From: Candidatus Latescibacterota bacterium
GTDB lineage: Bacteria > Latescibacterota > UBA2968 > UBA8231
Assembly: GCA_963422735.1 (NCBI GenBank)
Contig: OY730476.1
Coordinates: forward strand, 2,496,001-2,560,000
DNA: 64,000 nucleotides
Reading direction: 5' to 3'
Shown one piece after another: positions 1 to 9,330 of the stretch. Position numbers and translations under genes: made by a program. The notes under the pieces were generated by a model that was not told the origin of the DNA, searched no databases, and saw only the letters and a program-made list of their open reading frames with translations. Numbering within the stretch: the first letter of the stretch is position 1; each line of letters begins with the position of its first letter.

Positions 1-2
1 CG

Positions 3-893
3 CTGGGCCTCGTCATCGGGTTGGGGCTTGGCAGCACGACGTATGTGATCGTGCTGGGAGCCGTCGCCCGCGTCGTCCATCCCGCGAACCGCAGCACGGC
101 GTTTGGCATCGTCACTGCGGCCGGATCGTTTGGGACCTTCGCCTTAGTACCCGGGGTGCAGTGGGTGATTGTCCACGCGGGTTGGCAAGCGTCCTTTGTG
201 ATCAGCGCGGCCCTAATCGGCTGGATTGTGCTGTTGGCCTTTGGCTTTCCGCGCCGCCCCAGTACGCACGCGGCCCGGCCACACAGGGAGGGTACGCTGC
301 TGCAAGTGCTGGTCAGAGCGCGGGGCCATTCGGGCTACTGGCTGCTCAACGCGGGTTTCTTCGTCTGCGGCTTCCACGTCGCCTTTATCGCCACGCACCT
401 GCCTTCGTTCCTCACCGACAACGGCCTGTCGCGCATGACCGGAGCCACGGCCTTGTCGCTGATTGGCCTATGCAACATCTTCGGCTCGTCTTTGTTCGGC
501 TGGCTGGGCGACCGCTACCGCAAAAAATATCTGTTGAGTGCGCTCTACCTCAGCCGCGCCGTGGTCATCGGCTTGTTTCTTTTCGTCCCCCTGACCAGTG
601 TTTCCGCTTTGCTCTTCGGCGGCCTAATCGGCTTCTTGTGGCTGGCCACCGTGCCGTTGACCAGCGGAACCGTGGCGCAGATATTCGGGGTGCGCTACTT
701 GTCAACGCTGTACGGCATTGTCTTTTTCAGTCATCAGGCCGGCAGTTTCTTGGGCGTCTGGCTAGCGGGCCTGCTCTACGACGCGACTGGGTCGTACGAT
801 CCCGTCTGGTGGCTGGCGATTGTCCTCGGCGTGGCGGCTGCGCTGCTCCACCTGCCGATTGCCGACCTGCCGATTGAGGACGAATCCCGCTAG
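3..893 (+). CDS. MFS transporter (5' end outside window)
   Basis: Many TM helices; MFS motif A-like 'GWLGDRYRKK'; YbfB/MCT-like 'FFVCGFHVAFIATHLP'. Confidence 0.9.
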   Translation: MGLVIGLGLGSTTYVIVLGAVARVVHPANRSTAFGIVTAAGSFGTFALVPGVQWVIVHAGWQASFVISAALIGWIVLLAFGFPRRPSTHAARPHREGTLLQVLVRARGHSGYWLLNAGFFVCGFHVAFIATHLPSFLTDNGLSRMTGATALSLIGLCNIFGSSLFGWLGDRYRKKYLLSALYLSRAVVIGLFLFVPLTSVSALLFGGLIGFLWLATVPLTSGTVAQIFGVRYLSTLYGIVFFSHQAGSFLGVWLAGLLYDATGSYDPVWWLAIVLGVAAALLHLPIADLPIEDESR

Positions 894-921
894 TCAAATT
901 TTGGCTTAAAGGAGGCTATAA

Positions 922-1080
922 ATGTCCGCTTTAGTCGCAAGCATAATTAGCCTGAAGGGCGGCGTTGGCAAGAGTACCTTGACTATGATGCTGGGGAGTT
1001 CTTGGCCTATCGCCACTCGCAAAACGTCTTCCTCATCGACATGGACGCTCAAGCCAATTTGAGTTTCCCTCGGCCTCGAC
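922..1080 (+). pseudogene. parA: ParA/Soj family ATPase 5' relic
   Basis: RBS AAGGAGG, ATG at 922, MSALVASIISLKGGVGKSTLTMMLG (deviant Walker A); frameshift in the G run leads into FLAYRHSQNVFLIDMDAQANLS; then truncated. Confidence 0.75.
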
Positions 1081-1129
1081 CGGGAAATGCGTCTCTTATC
1101 CATCACCGTCTCGCCTCGCAAAGTCCGGC

Positions 1130-1230
1130 AGCGACGCAAGTTGCCCTCCTTTGTCGGCGACACCCAATCCGACGTCGCCCTCCGCCACGACGAATACTTG
1201 GCCGAACAGGATCCTCATGCCTCTTCCTGA
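1130..1230 (+). pseudogene. Antitoxin (VapB-like) 3' relic
   Basis: Translates to ...FVGDTQSDVALRHDEYLAEQ..., resembling the C-terminus of antitoxins upstream of PIN toxins; overlaps the vapC start. Confidence 0.5.
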
Positions 1231-1627
1231 AAAGATTATCATAGACACGTCCGCCTTCTACGCCCTCGTTTCGGCCAAAGACGCCTTTCACAGTAGGGCG
1301 GCTGGCACCTAGGAGCAGCTAATCGACCGGGAACAGGAGATCTGGATTACGGCCTACGTCTTGGTGGAAACCATAGCCTTGGTTCACCGACACCTCGGCT
1401 TAGGTATTCTTGCGGAATTCGCGAAGGGAGTCGATGGAACGGTAAGAATCTTCTGGGTTGAGAGTGCCATCCACAAGCAGGCGTTGAGCCAATTGACGGC
1501 AAGCCAAGGTGCCGGTCTGAGTTTCGTGGATTGGACGGTGGAGCTAGTCTCCCGGATACTCAACGCGCACATCTTCACTTTCGACCGCGGCTTCGCCGAG
1601 TGCAGCCTTCCCGTCATTCCTCGCTGA
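1217..1627 (+). pseudogene. vapC: PIN-domain toxin (VapC) with in-frame TAG at 1310-1312
   Basis: MPLPEKIIIDTSAFYAL...GT*EQL...VETIAL...LSFVDW...IFTFDRGF carries the PIN acidic motifs. Confidence 0.8.
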
Positions 1628-1780
1628 TCCGCCCTGCGATAGAATACGTCCGAGCCCCTAGCGCACACCAACGCACAGACCGTCGGGGCGGATCAGCGCG
1701 TCGGCCCTAAACCGGCCCCAGCTTTCCTTTCGCCCATCGCAATTATCAACGCAAGCGAACTCAACACACAGGAGGACGTT

Positions 1781-2320
1781 ATGGCTGCTAGCTTCAAGGA
1801 ACTCACGAACTTTTTCAGGGAAATTGGTGCTGCCGAAGTAGGGCATACCAACAAGACCTACTTGGCCCACTGCATCGGCGTGTACGGAGACATGAAGAAG
1901 TGGGGAGGCGACGATGTGATGTGCCACGCCGCGCTCTTTCACTCCATATACGGCACCGAGCTTTTCCAAGATTTTGCCCTGCCTGTTGAGCACCGCGATC
2001 AAGTGCAGGCACTCATCGGCGAGCGGGCCGAATACTTGGCGTACGTCAATTGCGCCATGGTGCGCGACACCTTCGATGCCGCGGTGGAGCAGCATAGTGC
2101 TCCCTACGTGCTCCAAGACCGCTTGACCGGCGATTCCATCGAGATGACCGAGCCGGACCTCAACGATCTAGTAACGATCCACCTGTGCGACTGGCTGGAG
2201 CAGGTGGCGCGGTGGGGCCAATGGGACTATCGCCGCGCCGCATTTGAGCGCATGGCCCAGCGCTTGGGCGGCATCGCCGAGGAGCGGTTCGCCGAGGTTT
2301 TCGCTGGCCGCCTCAAATAG
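1781..2320 (+). CDS. DUF6817-like HD-type protein
   Basis: RBS AGGAGG; motifs 'H..KTYLAHCIGV' and 'CHAALFHSIYGTE'. Confidence 0.75.
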   Translation: MAASFKELTNFFREIGAAEVGHTNKTYLAHCIGVYGDMKKWGGDDVMCHAALFHSIYGTELFQDFALPVEHRDQVQALIGERAEYLAYVNCAMVRDTFDAAVEQHSAPYVLQDRLTGDSIEMTEPDLNDLVTIHLCDWLEQVARWGQWDYRRAAFERMAQRLGGIAEERFAEVFAGRLK

Positions 2321-3806
2321 ACACCGAGAACAGCTTGGCTTTGTACAGGTGAAAGCGGAGGCCGACGTTTTCGCCCGCGAGGGCCGCTAGGCCGGCTTGG
2401 CCCCGCCAGTGCGCGGCCTCGGAGATGGAATCACCCGTGAGAGGATCGGCCTCGGCGAGCGAGAAGCCGGGGTGGGCTTCTACGGGCTGGGGAGGCGTGT
2501 GAATGGTCTGGACGATTTCGGCCTTGACCCAGCCGTCAGGGGCCGTGCGAAAGTTGAGCAGCAACTCACGGCCGCAGCAGGGCCGCTCGATGAGCGTGAC
2601 TCGGCCCTCGCCTTTGGCTTCTATTCCCGCGAGCCGATCCGGTTCCCAACAGGCCCAGCGAAATTCCCCGTCCTCGGGGTAGGTAGCACCGCGGTGGAGG
2701 AAATCGTGGCGGCGATGATAACCCCTAAAAGGCAGCCTCCAAGTGCCGTTGGCGGCGATGAGATTCGGGCTGGCGTAGAGCTGGCCGTACGTTCCCCCCT
2801 CATAGGCGCGGTCGATGAGAGGCTGGCGGAAGGGCCGAATCCATTGGTGGTTATCGCGGCTAACCGCGAGCTGGACATCGACCGTAGAGGCGATCCGATG
2901 GTACACCGATGGAAACATCAAGTAGCGCGGCTGCGTACCGGGGTACGGCGTGTAGCAGGGGTTGTAGATGTCGTCGTCAAGCGCGTCTAACGGGTCGGGC
3001 AGGAGGCAGGGGTGCGGATCGGCCAAGGATTCAAACTGAGCGCCCGAGACGCGGCGCACCAAGCGTCGGCGGTCGATATGGCCGCGCAAGTACGCCACGT
3101 ATTGCCCTTGGTGGGGATCGTAAACGCAGAGGTTGTGGGTGTCTAGCTGGGTCGCGCCGGCGTCAAAGACGGGCGCGCTGAGGTTCTGCCAGTGGATGCC
3201 GTCGGAAGAGGTCGCGCCGAGGAGCTGCTGCCGAATCTCAATCCCTCGGGCCTTTTCCCCGGCCGACACATCGCCCAAGTCGCGGGCCACGAGCAGGGCC
3301 TTGAAGCGCACGGAGTCTATTTCCGGGTCGGGCTGGCCGTCGCGGAAGTAGCGCGCCCCCGGGCCGACGGCCTTATAGCGCTCGGCCGCCGGGGCACTGG
3401 GGTCGATGAACACCCAACCGAGGGGATGGTCGCGGCCCGCGCTAATGATGTTGTTGCAGGTAGAGCCTTCGTACTCGCACAATCCCAGATCCGGCCGCTG
3501 TCAGGTAAAGCCGTCGTCGCTTTCGGCGTAGCAGATATATGTGCGCGCGATGTCGTCCAAGCGTTGCACGCCGTACCAGAGGCGATAGCACCCTTTTTCA
3601 TGGAGCATGGCGTTGATGTGGAGGTTGGCTCCTTGCTCCCAAGGACGCTCCTTGTGGAAGAATACCGCGGATTTGTGCGCCAGTTCGGGCGCGAGTTCAA
3701 TGCCTTGGGGCGGGTCCTGCGACCAGACGGTGCCATCGTCTTCGAGCTTGCGGTGGGAGGCCCAGATGCCGTACCAGTCGAGAAAGGGCGTGGGTTGGGG
3801 TTGCAT
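2313..3806 (-). pseudogene. Five-bladed beta-propeller glycoside hydrolase-like protein interrupted by one in-frame TGA (3501-3503)
   Basis: ORFs 3501..3806 and 2313..3482 are in frame: YAESDDGFT*QRPDLGLCEYEGSTCNN; further Asp-box-like SSDGIHW and SRDNHQW motifs. Confidence 0.75.
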
Positions 3807-3812
3807 GGTGAA

Positions 3813-4847
3813 CTAACTCCGGGAGTTTGCGCCGATTAGGTCGCTGAGGAGGACCAATTCGCCGCCGCTTTCGGCCGAGGCATTGGCCCCCAAGACGGCG
3901 GCTAGGCTGTTGAGGGAAGGGACGTAGGGGCTGCGCGGCATGGAGGGATCGCCGGCTTGGACGGCGGCGATAAAGGCGCGGGCTTGGGAGAAGAAAGCAC
4001 CGCGGGATTGCGGCTTTTCTTGGGCCTTCCACACCACCTCGCCGTTTTCCCGTATTTGTTGCGGATTCCACTCGATGATCGAGTCGTCGCTGACGACGAG
4101 GATTTCGCGCCTAGCGCAATCGACGTTGCTCATTACCCGCGAGACGCTGGCGTTGGCGGTCAAGCGCCCCTTGAAGCGGTAGTTGACGTTGTACACGTGG
4201 GGCAGATTCATCGGCTCAATGCGCTCGGCGGGCAGGGATTCGACGTAGAAGGCCGAGACCGCCTCAATGTCGCCGAGAAAGTAGCGCAACAGATCGACGC
4301 TGTGGATGGTGTTTTCGACGAAGGAGCCACCGCAGAGTTCGTAGCGGCTGGTCCAGTAGCGGATGGGCTGACCGCTGTAGAAGTTTTGGATCTGGGCGTG
4401 GCGCGGAGTGCGCTTCTGCAATAGCTCTAAGGTCGGCGCGGAAGCAGGCTCGTAGCGATAGACGAAACCGACTTGGGATACGATGCCAGCTTTTTCAACC
4501 GAGGCGTTGAATTCGACGACTTGCGCTAGGTCGAGGGTCTGTGGCTTTTCGACGAAGAGGGCGACGCCTTGGTCAGCGGAGATGAGCACCTCGTCGGTGT
4601 GTGCAGTCGGTGGAATGCACAAGTAAACCGCGTCAAGTTCCTGCTTTGCGAACATTTGGTGGTGATCGGTATAGGTCGAACGAGGCTTATAGAGGGCAGC
4701 TTGTTCGCGGAGGGTTTCCTCGCTTTTGTCGCAAAATGCCTCGAAGACGACTTGGCCTTCCTCGGCGAGGGCAGCTAACGCGGGTAGGTGTGCCCTTTGG
4801 GTGATCCAGCCGAGGCCGATGCAGCCGACGCGGACAGGTTTCATCAA
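3813..4847 (-). CDS. Gfo/Idh/MocA family oxidoreductase
   Basis: GCIGLGWI Rossmann motif, EKP motif, 'ENTIHSVD'. Confidence 0.92.
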   Translation of the reverse strand: MMKPVRVGCIGLGWITQRAHLPALAALAEEGQVVFEAFCDKSEETLREQAALYKPRSTYTDHHQMFAKQELDAVYLCIPPTAHTDEVLISADQGVALFVEKPQTLDLAQVVEFNASVEKAGIVSQVGFVYRYEPASAPTLELLQKRTPRHAQIQNFYSGQPIRYWTSRYELCGGSFVENTIHSVDLLRYFLGDIEAVSAFYVESLPAERIEPMNLPHVYNVNYRFKGRLTANASVSRVMSNVDCARREILVVSDDSIIEWNPQQIRENGEVVWKAQEKPQSRGAFFSQARAFIAAVQAGDPSMPRSPYVPSLNSLAAVLGANASAESGGELVLLSDLIGANSRS

Positions 4848-5171
4848 AACGGCTCCTTTTGGAAACCCAAGCCTTTAAGCTTGGGAGGAAAAAGGTAGCG
4901 CACCGATAGGCCCCTCTCAGGTTAGGTGACGGCTGGGCTAAAACGAAGTGGTGGACCGAACGGTCCAGCCCATCGGCGCGCATTCCGATGTGGTGATGTT
5001 TTACCGAACATTGGGGACTTTTTTACTGGACGCGGTGTGGCAAGAACGGTATCTGTATGAACGTCGCTTGAGATGGCAATTCCCAACTTTTCGACATCGA
5101 CTTTCGCGTGTGCGGTGGCAATTGCCGCACATGCACCCCTCGCCTACGCAGGGGCAGGCATTGAAGCGTCT

Positions 5172-5545
5172 ATGCGCCTCTTTCAGTTTAAGAAGCGGTC
5201 TTAAAATTCCTCGTGCCGCCCGTTGTGCTAAGGAAAGTGTCTCGCTCCATGAAAAACGCTCGATGCGAAGGCCGCTGGACGACTCTTCAGGCGACCTAAC
5301 GGGAATTTTCAGACCGCTTCTAAGATGTGCCTCAGTCGTCGTCAGCATTGATTGGCGACTACGCGAACATCTGGAACCACTTTGTCGAACTTTCGCGTCG
5401 CTACTACTTGCGATATGGCAAGCACCTCGGCTACTATCGGGCCGCAACGCACCTACCAAGCTGAAGAAGACGCGTGGTGGAAAGACTTGGACGCCTCGAC
5501 CGCAGCTATCAGTCGTTCTTCAAGCGCATTACCAAACGGCCGTGC
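5172..5545 (+). pseudogene. tnpB: IS200/IS605 TnpB N-terminal relic interrupted by a MITE
   Basis: After removing the MITE and allowing frameshifts: MRLFQFKMCLSRRQH / LIGDYANIWNHFVELSRRYYLRYGKHLGYY / KLKKT / RLDRSYQSFFKR. Confidence 0.65.
5192..5320. mobile_element. 129-bp MITE with 19-bp TIRs and TAA target duplication (IS5-like ends)
   Basis: GAAGCGGTCTTAAAATTCC (5192-5210) and GGAATTTTCAGACCGCTTC (5302-5320), 1 mismatch; TAA at 5189-5191 and 5321-5323. Confidence 0.8.
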
Positions 5546-5602
5546 CGCTGATGGGACAATCCCAATCCTCAGGCTTGGGTATCACTGAATTGCAATTCCT
5601 TC

Positions 5603-6502
5603 TCAAGGGGTGGCTTCGATGCGGGCGATGAGATCGGGAGACAAGTAGCGGCCGTCGGAAACGGCAGCGGAGACTTCGAGTTCGCCTATTGTTGCAGCAC
5701 CGGTGAGTAGCACCGAGACTTGGGGGTCCGACAGCAAGTAGCGCAGCCCGTGGTCGGGCATGTCGCCGGGTTCGTCGGCGAGCAGGGCTTCGATTTTTTC
5801 GAGTTTGGGATACAGCTCGGCAAAGCGGCCGGCCTCCTTCCAAGCGTCGCGCTTGGAGCCGAGCAGGCCGGCGTGCAGCGGCGAGGCGAGGATGATGGCG
5901 ATGTCGCGGGCAGCCGCGGTGGGCAGGAGGGTCTCCTTAGCCGTCTGCACCAGCAGGTCGTATTTGAGAAAGGTGATCACCGAGACAAAGGCGTCGGACT
6001 CGGCGAGGGCATCGCGCATTAGCACGAGGTCCGAGCCAGTGAGCCCAATGTGTTGTGCGAGTCCTTGCTCGCGAATTTCGAGCATGGTCTCTAGGGCGCG
6101 CCCCCGGCCGAATATCCCTTCCCAGCCTGCCTGCTCGGCCTCGTGGAGTTGCAGAAGGTCCACTGAGTCGCGCTGCAAGCGCAGGAGACTAGCCTCAAAT
6201 CCCCGCCACACTGCGTCGCGAGTGTAGCCGAAGGGCGCGGGATAATAGCCTACCTTGGTCGCCAGATAATAGGGCGCGTCAACGCCTTTGAGAGCGTGGC
6301 CGAAGACCTTTTCGCTGCGGCCTTGGCCGTAGAGCGGGGCGGTGTCAAAATAATTGATGCCGAGCTGAAGGGCGCGCTCGACCATGGCGACCCCGTGCGC
6401 CACTGGCAGGAGGCCGTATTCCGGGCGTCCGTAGAACCAAGACCCGCCCATGGCGATTTCGCTGACTTGCCAGTTCGTTTTGCCGAATCGTCGGTATCGC
6501 AC
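5603..6502 (-). CDS. Aldo/keto reductase
   Basis: GTG start (MRYRRFGKTNWQVS); 'YFDTAPLYG', 'LATKVG', 'DLLQLH'. Confidence 0.92.
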   Translation of the reverse strand: MRYRRFGKTNWQVSEIAMGGSWFYGRPEYGLLPVAHGVAMVERALQLGINYFDTAPLYGQGRSEKVFGHALKGVDAPYYLATKVGYYPAPFGYTRDAVWRGFEASLLRLQRDSVDLLQLHEAEQAGWEGIFGRGRALETMLEIREQGLAQHIGLTGSDLVLMRDALAESDAFVSVITFLKYDLLVQTAKETLLPTAAARDIAIILASPLHAGLLGSKRDAWKEAGRFAELYPKLEKIEALLADEPGDMPDHGLRYLLSDPQVSVLLTGAATIGELEVSAAVSDGRYLSPDLIARIEATP

Positions 6503-6591
6503 ACGCGCTCCGCTGTTGAGGCTAAATGGAATGGAGTAACTTAGACACAGCGACGACCGACCGCCACTTTTCCACTCACTTGGAGACAACG

Positions 6592-7380
6592 ATGCGCTAC
6601 AGCTATATGGTAATCGACTTTGCGGATCTCGGGGACGATTTCGCCGCTGGGTTGGGCTTCATCCGGGCCTGCGGGTACGAAGGCGTCGAGTTGAACCTGA
6701 CGCCCACGGTGCTCGGTCAATTAGACGCGATCGAGCACTCGGTGGAGGCGTGCGGCTTGGTGGTGCCGTCACTTTTGACCGGAGCCGCCTATGCCGAGGG
6801 GCTGTGCTTGAGCGTAGCCGACTCGCATCGTCGCGCCGGTGCTGTCGCTAGGCTGCGGGAGTATTTGTCGATTGCCCGGCGTTTCAACGCCATCCTCGTC
6901 GTGGGACTTTTGCAGGGCTTGCGCGAGGACGAGCCCGACGCCAAGATGGCCAACGAGCGCATTGCGGCAGGCCTGCGCGAAGTGGGCTTGGCCGCCCAGG
7001 ACGCTGGCGTGGGCTTGGTCGTCGAGCCGATCAATCACCTGCAAGTGGGGTTTAACAATTCCGTGGGCGAGGTACGCGCCCTGATTGAGCGCATTGGTAT
7101 GCCGACTTTTAGGCCAATGGTCGATACGATCCACATGAACATTGAAGAACGGTCGTTGACCCAGCCCATTTTCGACTGCGGTAGTGCGCTGCGGCACGTC
7201 CACTTGTGCGAGAGCAACGGCGGCGTACTAGGCAGCGGTCACATCGACTTCAAGGCCGTGATCGCGGCCTTGGACGCCATCGGCTACGCGGGTTTTGCCT
7301 CGGTTAAGGTCTATCGCCAGGCCAGCTTGCGCGAAGCCGCGCCCGCGAGCTTGGCGCACTTGCGCGGGCTAGCCGGCTAG
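6592..7380 (+). CDS. Sugar phosphate isomerase/epimerase (xylose-isomerase-like TIM barrel)
   Basis: 'EPINHLQ', 'DTIHMNIEE', 'HVHLCESN', 'GSGHIDF'. Confidence 0.9.
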   Translation: MRYSYMVIDFADLGDDFAAGLGFIRACGYEGVELNLTPTVLGQLDAIEHSVEACGLVVPSLLTGAAYAEGLCLSVADSHRRAGAVARLREYLSIARRFNAILVVGLLQGLREDEPDAKMANERIAAGLREVGLAAQDAGVGLVVEPINHLQVGFNNSVGEVRALIERIGMPTFRPMVDTIHMNIEERSLTQPIFDCGSALRHVHLCESNGGVLGSGHIDFKAVIAALDAIGYAGFASVKVYRQASLREAAPASLAHLRGLAG

Positions 7381-7742
7381 CGGGCCGCCCAATACCCGAC
7401 GAATACAGCGGGAATCCCCAGCAGCAGTTGCAGCCCAATGTGGAGTAAGGCGGCCGGTACCTGGCCCGTGCGCAGTATGTGAGCGGTTTCGTAGGCCACG
7501 GATGAAAAAGTGGTGAAGCCGCTGAGGAGGCCGACGAAGAGGAATAGACGAAGCTGGGGGCCTAGGTATTGACGTTCTTCGGCCAAGCCCCCCAAAAAGC
7601 CAATGACTAGGCAGCCGACCACGTTGACCACGAGGGTGGCGTAGAGCGGGGTACCCAACAGGCGCTGGGTACCCAATGAAACCAAGTAGCGCAGCACGGC
7701 CCCGAGAAAGCCGCCGCAGCCTACCAGTAGAATGCGATCCAT
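7377..7742 (-). CDS. crcB: Fluoride efflux channel FluC/CrcB
   Basis: 'GGFLGAVLRY', 'ATLVVNVVGC', 'GLLSGFTTFSS'. Confidence 0.95.
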   Translation of the reverse strand: MDRILLVGCGGFLGAVLRYLVSLGTQRLLGTPLYATLVVNVVGCLVIGFLGGLAEERQYLGPQLRLFLFVGLLSGFTTFSSVAYETAHILRTGQVPAALLHIGLQLLLGIPAVFVGYWAAR

Positions 7743-8314
7743 GACGAGCTAACAACGGCATCGCCCTTCGCGCGGGCAAGTTTTCGCTGGAAGCTGGCCG
7801 CCGATACGACCGCTGGCACTCCCTGCAAAAGGCCTAGTCCGCAGTCTCGCACACCACAGCTATTTCCAGCTTTTCGACGACGAGCTGCGGCGCATCGGAT
7901 ACCCGCCCCTGTGCGCTAGCACCCTAGCCCGCGGCGATGAGTGGCCGCGACGACTTGGACGACGATGTCCGTCCCTTCGTCAGCCCACTTTTGATAGATC
8001 GGGTGGTCGTACCGCGGCAAGTGCTGGCTCGGATAGGGCACTCCCAGTTTCACCAAATGCTGTCGATCTGCGACCCGAGCGCGTCGGCAAACTCGAACAG
8101 ATGCTCCACGAGATCGGGCCGATCCAGGTCGCGGCGATGCTGCACATTAATCGCAAAGGTCACGTCAAAATTAAGCAACGAAGACATCTAGGAAACTGTC
8201 GTTATCGCAATCGACGAAGACAGCGGTCATACCAAGATACGGCACACTTGCCACGCCTAGTCCTGCGGCGACTACGAGGCGGCGGCGAGATGGATGGGCA
8301 TAGGAGGATGCTTT

Positions 8315-9220
8315 TTACAGATCGTCTGGCGAGGCGTCGGGGATTTGGGATTTATGCGCTAGGGCGTGTTCGTACTGTTGGGTGCAAGAGACGCGGGGGA
8401 AGTTTTCCGCTTGTGCGCGGCCCAAGAGGAGGTCGAGTTGGCGCGCACGGCGGTCGATGCGATAGACGGACCAAGGGTGGAAGATGGGCAAGTAGTAGGG
8501 CAGAGTTGCTTTTTGCACATAGTCGATGCCCGGGGCATAGGCTTCGTACACGCCTTGGGCGTCCACGGGCATTTGCGCTGGATAGGGCCAAGGGAATTTT
8601 GGCGGCCACAACACCTTGCCCGGCTGCCCGGTGAGGATGTTGTCGTGCCAGGCGTGCGAGGGCATTTCGAGGAGGCCGGGGAAGCCCTCGCGGGCGTACC
8701 AGAAGGGCCGGTTGAGCGGCGCGGGCATGGTTCCATCCGGCCCGGCCCCCACCGTGCGCATATAGCGGTAGCCGGCCTCCCACATCACGTGGAGGATGTG
8801 CTCTTGGCCAATGAAGCCTCGGGTGTAGCCACCGGGCGCGGTCAAGCCAATCACCGGGCGAGAAAAGGTGTCTTCGATCAGTTTTTTGGAATCGACTAAC
8901 TCGCGCTGCAAGGCGGCGTGGTCACCGGCTAAACCGATTAGGTCTTTGTGGGTGAACGAGTGGCATTGGATGTCGAAAAGGGGCTCGTCAAGGATGGCGC
9001 AGAATTCGGGCGCGGCGCGTTGTAACAACTCGGCGACGATGAAAAAGGAGGCGGGCACTTGCCGCTCTAGATGCACTTGGGCCACGGCTCGGACGCCGGC
9101 GATGCACTCGGCCAGCCGCTCTCCCTCGTAGCTAATCCGTCCTTGATAGCCCGGCCCGGTCGGCGCGTCCCACCAAGCGTACACAGCTTCGGTGTCGTAA
9201 GCAGATATGTAGGAAGGCAT
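8315..9220 (-). CDS. Polysaccharide deacetylase family protein
   Basis: 'YDTE', 'PASFFIVA', 'CHSFTH', 'APGG', 'FHPW'. Confidence 0.8.
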   Translation of the reverse strand: MPSYISAYDTEAVYAWWDAPTGPGYQGRISYEGERLAECIAGVRAVAQVHLERQVPASFFIVAELLQRAAPEFCAILDEPLFDIQCHSFTHKDLIGLAGDHAALQRELVDSKKLIEDTFSRPVIGLTAPGGYTRGFIGQEHILHVMWEAGYRYMRTVGAGPDGTMPAPLNRPFWYAREGFPGLLEMPSHAWHDNILTGQPGKVLWPPKFPWPYPAQMPVDAQGVYEAYAPGIDYVQKATLPYYLPIFHPWSVYRIDRRARQLDLLLGRAQAENFPRVSCTQQYEHALAHKSQIPDASPDDL

Positions 9221-9330
9221 GAGTTAGAGCGTCTTTGGCGATTGGGGGGGATGGGGTAAGTTAAGACCGGAGGCGATGGATCGTCAATTTTGCGACAAAC
9301 GCAATTCCGCACGCGCCGAGGATAACAACC

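Noticed and set aside
3501-3503. Alternative genetic code or selenocysteine (TGA recoding)
   Set aside because: TGG is used for Trp throughout, TGA ends many genes, and the position corresponds to Trp rather than Cys.
4948-5631. 227 aa ORF and overlapping ORFs
   Set aside because: No recognisable motifs; better explained by the tnpB relic plus MITE.
7743-7930. Fluoride riboswitch upstream of crcB
   Set aside because: GGCGATG is present on the minus strand but the pairing partner and the GCTRATGAC..CTAC pseudoknot strand are not.
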